Origin: a bacterium ADurb.Bin157
GTDB lineage: Bacteria; Muiribacteriota; Ozemobacteria; Ozemobacterales; Ozemobacteraceae
NCBI GenBank assembly: GCA_002070375.1
Contig: MWDD01000007.1
Location: 12,985 to 76,984, forward strand
Reading direction: 5' to 3'
DNA length: 64,000 nucleotides
Part shown: positions 55,243 through 64,000 of the stretch, piece after piece
How the letters are laid out: every line of letters begins with the position of its first letter
Position numbering within the stretch: the first letter of the stretch is position 1
Position numbers and translations under genes: made by a program
Notes under the pieces: model-generated
Seen by the model: only the letters and a program-made list of their open reading frames with translations
The model's database searches: none
Told to the model about the DNA's origin: nothing

Positions 55243-55247
55243 AAATT

Positions 55248-57083
55248 ATGCAGAATACTAAAATTAGAGTATTGGACGATGATGTTATTTGCAGAATTGC
55301 CGCGGGTGAAGTTGTAGAAAGGCCATCGTCAGTTGTTAAAGAACTTATAGAAAACTCAATTGATGCAAAGGCAAGCAGAATCGAAGTCGAAATTAAAGAC
55401 GGTGGGCAAAAACTGATAGAAGTTACCGACAACGGTGAAGGAATGACAAGAGCAGATGCGGTGCTTGCCTTTACGCCACATGCCACAAGCAAAATTTATA
55501 GCGACGAACAGCTCGAAAACATTATAACACTGGGGTTCAGAGGCGAGGCTTTGCCAACAATTGCGGCCGTTTCAAGAGTTTCACTCTTTACTAAGCATAA
55601 CTCTGAAGAAACCGGAACAAGAGTTAATATAGATGGCGGTGTTATGAGTAGTGTAGAGTCAGACGCTTTCCCGGGCGGAACTCGTATTCAAATAAAAAAC
55701 CTCTTTTATAACACGCCGGCGAGGCGAAAATTTTTAAAAAGCGTGCAAAGCGAAATGGCACAAATATCAGATATAGTTTGCCATTACATGATGGGTTACC
55801 CTGAAATAGCATTTAAGTTTACAAAATCTAATGTGGCAATAGCAAGCACAAACGGTTCGGGTAATTTAAGCGATTCGGTGCTCGCCATTTATGGGCCCGA
55901 AGTGACAAAAGGTCTGATTCCATTAAAAGAACCTTCTTCAATTGCGGGAACTGGTATGTCTTTGCGTGGTTATATATCGCCGCCTAATCAGGCGCGACCG
56001 TCTTCGAGATATATGACAACACTTATAAACAGAAGAGTTGTTAAAACAAAACTGCTTGTTCAGGCTATAAATAAAGCTTGTTCTGCTTTCTTTCCCAAAG
56101 GAAAATACCCTGTTTTAATTTTAGACCTTAGAATTCCTCCCGATATGATAGATGTGAACGTGCATCCTCAAAAAACCGAAATACGATTCAAGGATGAACA
56201 TTGGATTTTCGGGCTAATATGGGAGACAGTGAAAACAAGTTTGTCGGGTTTAAAGATGATAGCAGATATAGAACCCACAATAGAAAAAAAAGAGTCGCAA
56301 GGCGATTTTTCACAAATTCAATCTTCCGGTATTTTTTCTGCAATGACCCCAAAGTTAGTCAATATACCATCTTTAACCGGAACTATTCCATCCAATAATT
56401 TCGATGCAGATCGAGCATATGTTGTTGGCGAAGAAAAACTGGTCAGTGATATTGCCCCCGAAACTGTTAAAAACAACGCAAAAAACCCTCTTTCGCCTGT
56501 TATGCAGCTGAGTAAGCCGAAAATCTTGGCACAGCTTAAAAATACATATTTACTGGGTGAAGATGATGAAGGATTGTTCATCATTGATCAGCACGTTGCG
56601 CACGAACGAGTTTTATTCGACCAATACCTGCAAACATATAAAGATACGCCGATAACAACACAAACTTTGCTGTTTCCGGTTCCTTTAAAGTTATTGCCAT
56701 CTGAGCGTCTTATAATAAGAGATCACTTAGATGACATGAAAAGTTTGGGTTTTTCAATTTATCAGGAAGAAGATGGGCAATTTTATATAACAGCAATTCC
56801 TGTTTCTGATAAAAAATCTGATCAGAAAAACATTCAAGATATGTTGTCGCAAGTTTTAAACGGTTGGGAAAGCCGAACTCTTGATGAAATTAAAGTTGAA
56901 CTTCTTAAATCTATGGCTTGTAAAGCAGCAGTAAAAGCCGGAGACCCTTTATCTTCATCAGAGTGGAACAGTTTGCTTGCTCAGCTTTTAAAAACCGAAA
57001 ACCCATTTACTTGTCCACACGGAAGACCTATTGTTGTAAGACTTTCTGTTCGGCAAATTGAAACCGGATTTTTAAGAACATAG
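55248..57083 (+). CDS. mutL: DNA mismatch repair protein MutL (endonuclease-type C-terminus)
   Basis: RIAAGEVVERPSSVVKELIENSIDA (GHKL ATPase). The C-terminal motifs are DQHVAHERVLF, ACKAAVKAGD and CPHGRP. Confidence 0.9.
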   Translation: MQNTKIRVLDDDVICRIAAGEVVERPSSVVKELIENSIDAKASRIEVEIKDGGQKLIEVTDNGEGMTRADAVLAFTPHATSKIYSDEQLENIITLGFRGEALPTIAAVSRVSLFTKHNSEETGTRVNIDGGVMSSVESDAFPGGTRIQIKNLFYNTPARRKFLKSVQSEMAQISDIVCHYMMGYPEIAFKFTKSNVAIASTNGSGNLSDSVLAIYGPEVTKGLIPLKEPSSIAGTGMSLRGYISPPNQARPSSRYMTTLINRRVVKTKLLVQAINKACSAFFPKGKYPVLILDLRIPPDMIDVNVHPQKTEIRFKDEHWIFGLIWETVKTSLSGLKMIADIEPTIEKKESQGDFSQIQSSGIFSAMTPKLVNIPSLTGTIPSNNFDADRAYVVGEEKLVSDIAPETVKNNAKNPLSPVMQLSKPKILAQLKNTYLLGEDDEGLFIIDQHVAHERVLFDQYLQTYKDTPITTQTLLFPVPLKLLPSERLIIRDHLDDMKSLGFSIYQEEDGQFYITAIPVSDKKSDQKNIQDMLSQVLNGWESRTLDEIKVELLKSMACKAAVKAGDPLSSSEWNSLLAQLLKTENPFTCPHGRPIVVRLSVRQIETGFLRT

Positions 57084-57085
57084 TT

Positions 57086-57673
57086 ATGTTTATAAAAAAG
57101 CATTCACAAATAGAGTTTGAGTTTGAAAAAAATCAAGATGTTTTCAGAACAAAAAAAATAACATTTACCATTGCATTTGTTTTCTATTTTTTTATTTGTG
57201 CTTACTTTGGCTTTCAGCCTTTTTTAACAAGTCTCCTCGCATTGGTGATTTTGATTCAACTGATTTGGCTATGCCTGCTTTGCGCATACACAAAAGGAGG
57301 CGTGGTTTTTGATAATGAAACTCAAAAAGTTTATTCAAAAGCTTCTTTTTTTATGATTTCAAATTCTGATATTATAGCAGGCTTTGATGATATTGCAGCC
57401 GTTTTTGTTTCTTCAGATCATCTAACAAAAGATGACTTAGCAGAATTCGGTGCCGAGCAAAAATATAAATACGCTGCGCATATTCTTTTAAAAAATAGCG
57501 AAATTATAAGAATAAGTCGTTGGAATCCCGCTTTTGACAAACTAAGAAAAATGGCTTTTGCATGTCATGAAATGTCGGGGTGTAGATTTTTTGAAACCGA
57601 AGAAGGTGAATCTGTTTATATTGAAAAAGGAAATGATGATTTATTAAAGGTTTTGAAAAAGAAAATGGATTGA
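57086..57673 (+). CDS. hypothetical membrane protein (2 TM)
   Basis: 195 aa. No family recognised. Confidence 0.55.
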   Translation: MFIKKHSQIEFEFEKNQDVFRTKKITFTIAFVFYFFICAYFGFQPFLTSLLALVILIQLIWLCLLCAYTKGGVVFDNETQKVYSKASFFMISNSDIIAGFDDIAAVFVSSDHLTKDDLAEFGAEQKYKYAAHILLKNSEIIRISRWNPAFDKLRKMAFACHEMSGCRFFETEEGESVYIEKGNDDLLKVLKKKMD

Positions 57674-57678
57674 ATAAG

Positions 57679-57715
57679 AAAAAGCCTTCGAATGTAATTT
57701 CGAAGGCTTTTTGTC
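57679..57715. terminator. bidirectional intrinsic terminator between convergent genes
   Basis: Perfect 12-bp stem aaagccttcgaa / ttcgaaggcttt with A-rich and T-rich flanks. Confidence 0.85.
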
Positions 57716-57730
57716 TTTTTTAAGAGAGTT

Positions 57731-59185
57731 TTACTCTCGTTCGGTGGTCGGATCTTCAGAAGATTTTTTTTCTTTAACAGCAACAACCGCGTTGTTTTTT
57801 TGTTCTGCTTTGTTTTCTTCTTCGTTTATTTCTATTTTTCCCACTACTTTAAAGTTGGCACAGAATTCTTTGTCGTCGTCTTTTCCAAGTTCGGCAGATA
57901 TGTCGTCGCCTTTTTCGAAAGAGCCTTTGAGTATTTGTTCCGCAAGAGGGTTTTCGATATATCTTTGAATGGTTCTGCGCAACGGTCGAGCACCATACTT
58001 AAGGTCAGTTCCTTTGTCTACCAAGAAAGTTTTAAGTTCATCGGTAAAAGTAATTCTCATGTTGAGCGCTGAAACTCTTTCGGCAACTTCTTCAACAAGA
58101 ATATTCAGAATTTGGAGGTTATCGTTTTTGTCTAATGCTCTGAAAACAATTACATCGTCAATTCTGTTTAGAAATTCGGGCGGGAACTTCTTTTCGAGGC
58201 TTTTTCTGGTGATTTTAACTTTTTTCTCATGAGAAAGGTCGTCGAGCTTTTCGGTTGTTTTGGTCGAAGAATCTTCGATTCTGAAACCGGGTTTGGTTTC
58301 TTCGGTTGTTATATCCGCAACACCGATATTTGTTGTAAGAATGATTACGCATTCTCTGAAGCTTACTGTTTCGCCCTTGCTGTCGGTTAGAATTCCTTCG
58401 TCAAGAAGCTGAAGAAGTAGGTTATGCACTTTTTCGTGCGCTTTTTCTATTTCGTCGAAAACAACAACTCCGTTTGGTTTGTTCTTAACAGATTCGGTAA
58501 GATAACCACCTTCGTTGTGCCCGATGTAGCCGGGAGGGGCTCCGATCAGTTTGGCGTATTCGTGGCTCATGGCAAATTCAGAGCAGTCGATTCTGACTAA
58601 GTCAATTTCGCTTCCGGTCATAAATTCACAAAGAGCTTTTGCCAACTCTGTTTTGCCTACACCTGTTTGACCTACGAAAATAAAGCTTCCGACCGGTCTG
58701 CGCGGATTTTTCAGCCCGACTCTGGCTTTTCTGATTGCTTGAGCTACAGCGGTAACAGGTTCATCTTGCCCAATTATTCTTTTGCGCAAGTGATTCTCTA
58801 TTTCCATGTATTTTTGCTGAGCTGCTTTGGCTTCGTCAGATTCAGAGGTAGGAACAGCGTTTCCGGTTGCGGTTGCTTCGTCTACTTGAATTGTAACTTC
58901 TTTTATATCAAGAGACGGGTTAACCTTCACGCATAGGTTGTAAAGCTCCTGTTCGATGATTTCGCCAAGGAGCGGGTATTCGTTGTTCCCGAAAACTAAA
59001 GGTGCAATTTCTTCAGAATAATTAACTACGGCCGATTTGATGATAAGCTTTTTGTATGACTTTTTATCGGTGATTTTAATATTCTTGAAGAGTTGTTGCT
59101 TTTGTTCGGGAGTGTATGATCTTATTGCAACAAAACGATCAAGAGATTCACAAAATTTCATCTTGATTCCTAGTGTGGAATCCAT
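57731..59185 (-). CDS. single-ring Clp/Hsp100-type AAA+ ATPase (D2 module only) with unique N- and C-terminal extensions
   Basis: RIIGQDEPVTAVAQAIRKARVGLKNPRRPVGSFIFVGQTGVGKTELAKAL, DCSEFAMSHEYAKLIGAPPGYIGH and GARPLRRTIQ are ClpA/B/C D2 and D2-small signatures. No D1 or Clp_N is present. Confidence 0.85.
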   Translation of the reverse strand: MDSTLGIKMKFCESLDRFVAIRSYTPEQKQQLFKNIKITDKKSYKKLIIKSAVVNYSEEIAPLVFGNNEYPLLGEIIEQELYNLCVKVNPSLDIKEVTIQVDEATATGNAVPTSESDEAKAAQQKYMEIENHLRKRIIGQDEPVTAVAQAIRKARVGLKNPRRPVGSFIFVGQTGVGKTELAKALCEFMTGSEIDLVRIDCSEFAMSHEYAKLIGAPPGYIGHNEGGYLTESVKNKPNGVVVFDEIEKAHEKVHNLLLQLLDEGILTDSKGETVSFRECVIILTTNIGVADITTEETKPGFRIEDSSTKTTEKLDDLSHEKKVKITRKSLEKKFPPEFLNRIDDVIVFRALDKNDNLQILNILVEEVAERVSALNMRITFTDELKTFLVDKGTDLKYGARPLRRTIQRYIENPLAEQILKGSFEKGDDISAELGKDDDKEFCANFKVVGKIEINEEENKAEQKNNAVVAVKEKKSSEDPTTERE

Positions 59186-59285
59186 GGGAAACCCTCCTGT
59201 TAGGGTGCTTTTTTACCATTGACAGTGATTATGCCGTTGGTGTATAGATATTGTAACACTAATTATATCGGCAAGGCAACACTTA

Positions 59286-60698
59286 ATGATTATACAAACA
59301 AAAGCTTTTGAGGATTTATTTGACAGAGGGATAAATTATTTTCGGGCAGGCTTTTATTCATCGGCGTTGGCTGAGTTTAATCAATTAAAAAAACTTTGCC
59401 CTGATTATCCAAACATTGACCATACAATCGAAGCTACCAAAAAGAAAAACGAAGAAATTAATGGTCAGCTTTCTAATTTTATAGAAGAGAACTTTGATGA
59501 CGAAGTTGTGAGTCTCTCTGAAGAATTGTCAGTAGAGAACTCTTCAAATCTGGCTCCTGTAGTTAAATCTTTTTTAACCAAAGGAAAATATTCTCAGGCT
59601 CTTGAAAAGCTGAAACAAGCAGAGGCGATAGTTCCCGAATCAAGATCTTTGTTACTTTTGATGGGTAATACACAAAGACGTTTAGGGCACCTTAAAGAGG
59701 CTGAAAAAACTTTATTGCGAGCTTCACACCTTTTTCCGAATGATCCGGATATTTTGAATAATTTAGGAAATATTTATCTGTTGCTCGGTATGTACCACGA
59801 AGCGGAAGACGTTTTACGTGCAGCTATGCGCCTTTCACCCGATAATGCCCGTCTTTTTAATAATTTGGGCTCTCTTCGCATGCAGACGCATAATTTAGAT
59901 GATGCCGAGAGGCTTTTTAGAAAAGCTCTAAAACTTGAGCCCGGACGCTACATTCTCGCAAAGAATTTAAAAAACCTGCAAACAAGAATGGTTGCATTAG
60001 ACGAAGAAATAGAAAGACTTCGCGAAGAATACTCTTTGCACCCAACATATCTCGATATAGGATTAAGCTTGGCTAAAACTTTGTTTTTCAGAGGTTACCA
60101 TGCGGAGTCTAAAAATGTTTTGAGGGGTCTTTTGAAGAAAAATTCAGGTCTCTCTAATGCTTGGTTTTATCTGGCTATTATTTATGAGATTGTTGACGAT
60201 AAAGATAACGCCTGTGAGTGCTATGAAAATTTGGTAATACACAGCGGAAAAGACAACGCGCCTGAATTTTTGAATTATAAGCGATTATTTAATCAAGGTT
60301 TTATAGAAGAAGCATTGGTCGAAATTAAGAAAATTGCTGTATTAGAACTTGATATTGCCTCGAGCAGAATAAATTTAGGCATTAAATATTTTGAAGATTG
60401 CCTATGGGAAGAAGCCTTAAGACATTTTGAAGAAGCGACCGAAATAAATGATTCTTACCCGGATGCTTATTATTGGAAAGCACTTGCCCTGATTCAATTG
60501 AAGAAAACTGCATTAGCGAAAAAAAACTTAGTAAAAGCTTTGGAGTTAAATCCAAAATATGCCGATGCACATTTTCAGATGGGTCTTTTGATTCGTTCAA
60601 AATCGGCAAAAAAAGCAAAAGAACATTTCAGCGAGGCTTTATCGCTAAATCTGAGGCCTTCTTTCGCGAGAATTGCAGAACGCTTATTAAACGAGTAA
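59286..60698 (+). CDS. TPR-repeat protein
   Basis: 470 aa with many canonical TPR units (e.g. LNNLGNIYLLLGMYHEAEDVLRAAMRLSPDN). It ends 8 nt before the next gene. Confidence 0.8.
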   Translation: MIIQTKAFEDLFDRGINYFRAGFYSSALAEFNQLKKLCPDYPNIDHTIEATKKKNEEINGQLSNFIEENFDDEVVSLSEELSVENSSNLAPVVKSFLTKGKYSQALEKLKQAEAIVPESRSLLLLMGNTQRRLGHLKEAEKTLLRASHLFPNDPDILNNLGNIYLLLGMYHEAEDVLRAAMRLSPDNARLFNNLGSLRMQTHNLDDAERLFRKALKLEPGRYILAKNLKNLQTRMVALDEEIERLREEYSLHPTYLDIGLSLAKTLFFRGYHAESKNVLRGLLKKNSGLSNAWFYLAIIYEIVDDKDNACECYENLVIHSGKDNAPEFLNYKRLFNQGFIEEALVEIKKIAVLELDIASSRINLGIKYFEDCLWEEALRHFEEATEINDSYPDAYYWKALALIQLKKTALAKKNLVKALELNPKYADAHFQMGLLIRSKSAKKAKEHFSEALSLNLRPSFARIAERLLNE

Positions 60699-60706
60699 AA
60701 TAATAG

Positions 60707-63700
60707 ATGGATAAAAAAGTTTTTAAAAAATTTTTCCCGGCTTTTCCGATTGACAATGAATCTCTCGAAAAGTTGCATAAAATTTTGGTTGTGGGCGGGT
60801 GTGTTGATGCAAAAGTCTGGGAAGGCTTTGAAAACACTTGTACAAGCCCCCTTGCTTTTATTGAAAAAGTTGCGGAATTGAAAGAAGTCACTACAGAAGT
60901 GCTTGCATCAGCCGAAGCTGATATTCTTAATGTTCCCTTTATTAAAGTTGACCAAATTGAGATTTCTCAAGATGCTTTTAAGCTTATTGACAGTAAAATT
61001 ATTGTTGAGAAGCAAATTATTCCAATTAAAATAAATGGGCCTGAATTGGTTGTGGGTACAATTCAACCCGGTGATCCGGCAGTGTTTGACGGAATAAAGC
61101 TTACCATGGCAATAAAACCGGCAAAAGTTTTGGCTGATGCACTCGAAGAAAAAATAGCCCAAATGACCGGGGTTAAACAGGTTAAAAAAGGCCCTCAGCA
61201 ACGTAAACGCCTCGGAGACATACTTGTTGATTTAAAATATTGTAAGCCCGAACAACTTGACGAGGCTTTTAAAGGTGCTCGTGATCAAAAACTTCGTTTG
61301 GGTGCGTACCTTGTAAAACAAGGAATAATTACCAATAAACAGCTTTCGGTGGCCTTGTCGAAACAGTTCAATATTCCTTATATAGATCTGGATGAAAGTT
61401 TAGTAGACCCGGTTTTGGCAACCTTGTTGCCCCAAAAGCTATGTTATGAACATTTGCTTTGCCCGGTTAAACGCGAAAACAACAAGCTGGTTGTGGCGAT
61501 GCATGACCCTACAGATATTATTACGATAGACCACATCGAAATGATGACGGGGATGCGTATTTCGCCGGTAGTCAGCTCTGAACTTACAATTATGGCTTCA
61601 CTTGATAATCTTTACGGAGACAGCATAGATTCTTTGTCTGACTCTATAGGTGGTGAAGACAAGCAAGAAGATGTGCTTGACGGCATGGAAATGGGTGAAA
61701 ACGACGCGCCTATTATTAAGTTAGTCAATCTTATACTGACTCAAGCAGTCGTTTTGAATGTTTCGGATATTCACGTCGAAGTCTACGAAAGTGAGTTCAG
61801 AATAAGATTTAGACAAGACGGAACGATGAAGCTTTTTATGACACCCGCCAAAGCGGCTCATACTGCCTTGGTCAGCAGAATAAAGGTTATGGCGAACCTA
61901 GATATAGCTGAAACAAGAAGACCCCAAGACGGCAGAATAAAAATGAACATGCAAAACAGAAAAATTGACTTGCGTGTTTCTTGTATACCCTGTGTTTGGG
62001 GTGAAAAAATTGTTATGAGAATTTGCGACCAAGGTAACTTAAAGGTTGACTTAAAAGACCTTGGTTTTGAGCCTTTTGTGCTTGAAAAATTTATGGGCGG
62101 CGTTGAATCGGCAAACGGAATAGTTCTGGTTACCGGTCCTACCGGTTCCGGTAAAACAACGACTCTTTATTCATCATTGTTTTTGTTGAATAATCCGGCT
62201 GTAAATATTATGACAGCGGAAGACCCGGTCGAATACAATTTGATGGGTATAAATCAGGTACAGTGTCATGCAGATATCGGTTTAGATTTCTCGGCGGCAT
62301 TGAGATCATTTTTGAGACAAGACCCCGATGTTATAATGTTAGGTGAAATTCGTGATTTTGAAACAGCCAGTATAGCCATTAAAGCGGCTATGACGGGACA
62401 CCTTGTTATCTCGACTTTGCATACAAACGATGCGCCGGCAACGGTCGCCCGTTTGCTAAACATGGGTATAGAGCCGTTCAGTCTATCGACCTCATTGAGA
62501 GTTGTGCAGGCACAAAGACTTGTTAAAAAAATATGCAAAACTTGCGCAGAAGAATATAAACCCGACAAAGATCTTTTGCAGTCTCTCGATATAAATGAAA
62601 AAACCTTAAAAAGATTGCATCTTGATGATCAATTTTCAATGGATACATTGGTTTTTAAAAAGGGCGGCGGCTGTCCCGATTGTGACAATAGCGGCTTAAA
62701 AGGCAGACAGGGAATATACGAAGTCCTTGAAATGACACCCGGTTTCAGAGAATTGGTCGAAAGGCGTGCAACAACAGAAGAAATGAGACGACATGCCATA
62801 CAAGACGGTATGTTGAGCTTAAGAGAGTCTGCATTGTATAAACTAATTACAGGCAGAACAACTGTTTCAGAGGTCGTAGGAACAACTGTCGACTCAGGCG
62901 GACACGAGGAAGAAGAGGAAGAAAAGAAGCCAAAAATGGCTGAAGAGTCTTCAGATGCAGAAGTTGAAAGATTAAAACAAGAAGAAGCAAAGCAAAAAGC
63001 AATAGAAGAAGCGGCAAGGCAAAGAGAAGTTGTTACCATAGGCTCTTCTGTAGGCTTAAAAGACTTAACAGCGGAGCTTCACGAGTTTAACTGCTTGCTT
63101 AACAAAATGGCAAAAACCTCTTCTGCCGTTTCCGGAAGTGCTTCGAATGTTTTGAATTCCGAAATTTTGAAAGCTAACATAGTTGTGCCTCTTCAGACAA
63201 TAAAAGCATACGCATCAAAATCGGAGGACGCTTCAAAAATGCTTCCTGCAATTAAGGCGCAGGGGCAAAAGATGGAACACAATATTAAAAACCTTGTGAG
63301 CCACTTCTCTGAGTTTTCACCGAAATTTGCAAAAGCACAACTTAATCAATTAGTGGAAAAAGAAATTTTTGCCGCCCTTAAAGACCATGTTGTTACTGCA
63401 AGATTAGTTTCCGGTATAAAAGACATCGGTAAAAACCTTAAGCTTTCGAAAAACCTTTCTGTAGATCTGCCTCTTGTTAAAATAGACAACACAGCCTTTT
63501 CTACCATTGCTTCTAACGTTTTTATTAATGCGTTAATAGGTCTGGGCGAAAAAGGCGGCGAAGTCAAAGTCGTAACGAGAATTAAGCCAAAATCCGACAA
63601 AATAGTTGAATTGATAATATTTGACAGCGGTTCAGGTATTCCTGCAAATGTGCAAACGAAATTATTTGAACCTTTTAACGGTAAAAAGACTTTGGGACTC

Positions 63701-63811
63701 GGTCTTTCGGTTGTAAAAAAGCTTTTAAAAGAACTTGGGGGAGAGATTTCAATCAAAAGTGTTCCCGGTAAGAGTACAATGGTTACAATGGAGTTTCCGA
63801 TAATTAAATAA
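60707..63811 (+). CDS. PilB/GspE/MshE-family secretion ATPase (T2SSE_N + MshEN + T2SSE_N + ATPase core with tetracysteine Zn site) fused to a histidine kinase transmitter (H-box + HATPase_c)
   Basis: The MshEN tandem motif is RLGDILVDLKYCKPEQLDEAFKGA-RDQKL-RLGAYLVKQGIITNKQLSVALSKQ (61208-61366). ATPase motifs are Walker A GPTGSGKTTT, DPDVIMLGEIRD, STLHTNDA and CKTC...CPDC. An acidic linker follows, then H-box ELHEFNCLL (His at 63080-63082), N-box SNVFINAL, G1 FDSGSGIP, FEPF and G2 GLGLSVV. Confidence 0.85.
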   Translation: MDKKVFKKFFPAFPIDNESLEKLHKILVVGGCVDAKVWEGFENTCTSPLAFIEKVAELKEVTTEVLASAEADILNVPFIKVDQIEISQDAFKLIDSKIIVEKQIIPIKINGPELVVGTIQPGDPAVFDGIKLTMAIKPAKVLADALEEKIAQMTGVKQVKKGPQQRKRLGDILVDLKYCKPEQLDEAFKGARDQKLRLGAYLVKQGIITNKQLSVALSKQFNIPYIDLDESLVDPVLATLLPQKLCYEHLLCPVKRENNKLVVAMHDPTDIITIDHIEMMTGMRISPVVSSELTIMASLDNLYGDSIDSLSDSIGGEDKQEDVLDGMEMGENDAPIIKLVNLILTQAVVLNVSDIHVEVYESEFRIRFRQDGTMKLFMTPAKAAHTALVSRIKVMANLDIAETRRPQDGRIKMNMQNRKIDLRVSCIPCVWGEKIVMRICDQGNLKVDLKDLGFEPFVLEKFMGGVESANGIVLVTGPTGSGKTTTLYSSLFLLNNPAVNIMTAEDPVEYNLMGINQVQCHADIGLDFSAALRSFLRQDPDVIMLGEIRDFETASIAIKAAMTGHLVISTLHTNDAPATVARLLNMGIEPFSLSTSLRVVQAQRLVKKICKTCAEEYKPDKDLLQSLDINEKTLKRLHLDDQFSMDTLVFKKGGGCPDCDNSGLKGRQGIYEVLEMTPGFRELVERRATTEEMRRHAIQDGMLSLRESALYKLITGRTTVSEVVGTTVDSGGHEEEEEEKKPKMAEESSDAEVERLKQEEAKQKAIEEAARQREVVTIGSSVGLKDLTAELHEFNCLLNKMAKTSSAVSGSASNVLNSEILKANIVVPLQTIKAYASKSEDASKMLPAIKAQGQKMEHNIKNLVSHFSEFSPKFAKAQLNQLVEKEIFAALKDHVVTARLVSGIKDIGKNLKLSKNLSVDLPLVKIDNTAFSTIASNVFINALIGLGEKGGEVKVVTRIKPKSDKIVELIIFDSGSGIPANVQTKLFEPFNGKKTLGLGLSVVKKLLKELGGEISIKSVPGKSTMVTMEFPIIK

Positions 63812-63821
63812 GTTTTATTAA

Positions 63822-63862
63822 AGTGCCGGAGGTTTATTAAAAAAGCCTTCGGCACTTTTTTT
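63822..63862 (+). terminator. intrinsic terminator
   Basis: agtgccggagg / ccttcggcact (11 bp, one G-U) followed by a T-run. Confidence 0.8.
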
Positions 63863-63893
63863 ATATTTTTTTTGGTTTTTTTATTAAAAGTAC

Positions 63894-63921
63894 TAAGGTC
63901 AACAATTCAGCTCGCCGATAG
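63894..63921 (+). promoter_or_regulatory. candidate sigma28-type promoter pointing out of the window
   Basis: TAAG (63894-63897), a 16-nt spacer, then GCCGATAG (63914-63921), compared with the consensus TAAA-N15-GCCGATAA. Confidence 0.3.
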
Positions 63922-64000
63922 TGAATATAGGGGAAAATAGATATTCCTCTTGAGACGGAAATAAAACAAACAAACTCAAATCCAACCGTCTCGTTACAAG

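Noticed and set aside
63346-63855. 169-aa minus-strand ORF
   Set aside because: It is antisense to the HATPase_c portion of the ATPase-kinase fusion, spans the terminator, and has no recognisable family.
63940-63992. Long-loop inverted repeat GAGACGG...CCGTCTC near the window end
   Set aside because: The stem is only 7 bp with a ~27-nt A/C-rich loop and no T-run. That is too weak to call a terminator or riboswitch, and the context is truncated by the window edge.
1-64000. CRISPR arrays, rRNA operons, IS elements or prophage
   Set aside because: I saw no regularly spaced direct repeats, no rRNA-like sequence, and no transposase, integrase or phage structural proteins in the ORF translations.

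Overview
This is a 64-kb chromosomal window from an AT-rich bacterium. TGA is used as a stop codon, so the code is standard. I cannot assign a lineage; hprK-lgt and rpsF-ssb-rpsR-yybS-rplI-dnaB resemble Firmicutes gene order. The window spans the replication origin: a DnaA-box cluster at about 7.1-7.3 kb sits directly upstream of dnaA, and gene orientation switches there from mostly minus to almost entirely plus. Housekeeping content includes hprK (partial, found by manual translation), lgt, aspartokinase, lpdA, accB, dnaA, tRNA-Leu(CAA), rpsF-ssb-rpsR, rplI, dnaB, typA, tsaE-tsaB-tsaD, mutL and a Ski2-like helicase. The rest is unusually rich in second-messenger and type IV pilus/T2SS-like components. 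These are a CHASE2-GAF-GGDEF cyclase, a GAF-HD-GYP phosphodiesterase, a HAMP class III adenylate cyclase, a cNMP-binding protein next to pilT, an ECF sigma/anti-sigma pair followed by three pseudopilin-like genes, and flgM/flgN. Two loci stand out. (1) 42443-43543 is a roughly 1.1-kb stretch with no credible ORF. It is bounded by a sigma70-like extended -10 promoter and a strong intrinsic terminator, is more GC-rich than its flanks, and is packed with GNRA-capped hairpins. I read it as a candidate large structured RNA that I cannot match to any family from memory. (2) 60707-63811 encodes a PilB/GspE/MshE-type secretion ATPase with an intact MshEN c-di-GMP-binding motif, fused in frame to a complete histidine-kinase transmitter. 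Two apparent pseudoenzymes are also present: a YmdB-like and a homoserine-dehydrogenase-like protein that lack the expected catalytic or cofactor motifs. I saw no rRNA, CRISPR array, transposase, integrase or obvious prophage. All calls come from reading the sequence and ORF translations by eye. Start codons and domain borders are approximate.
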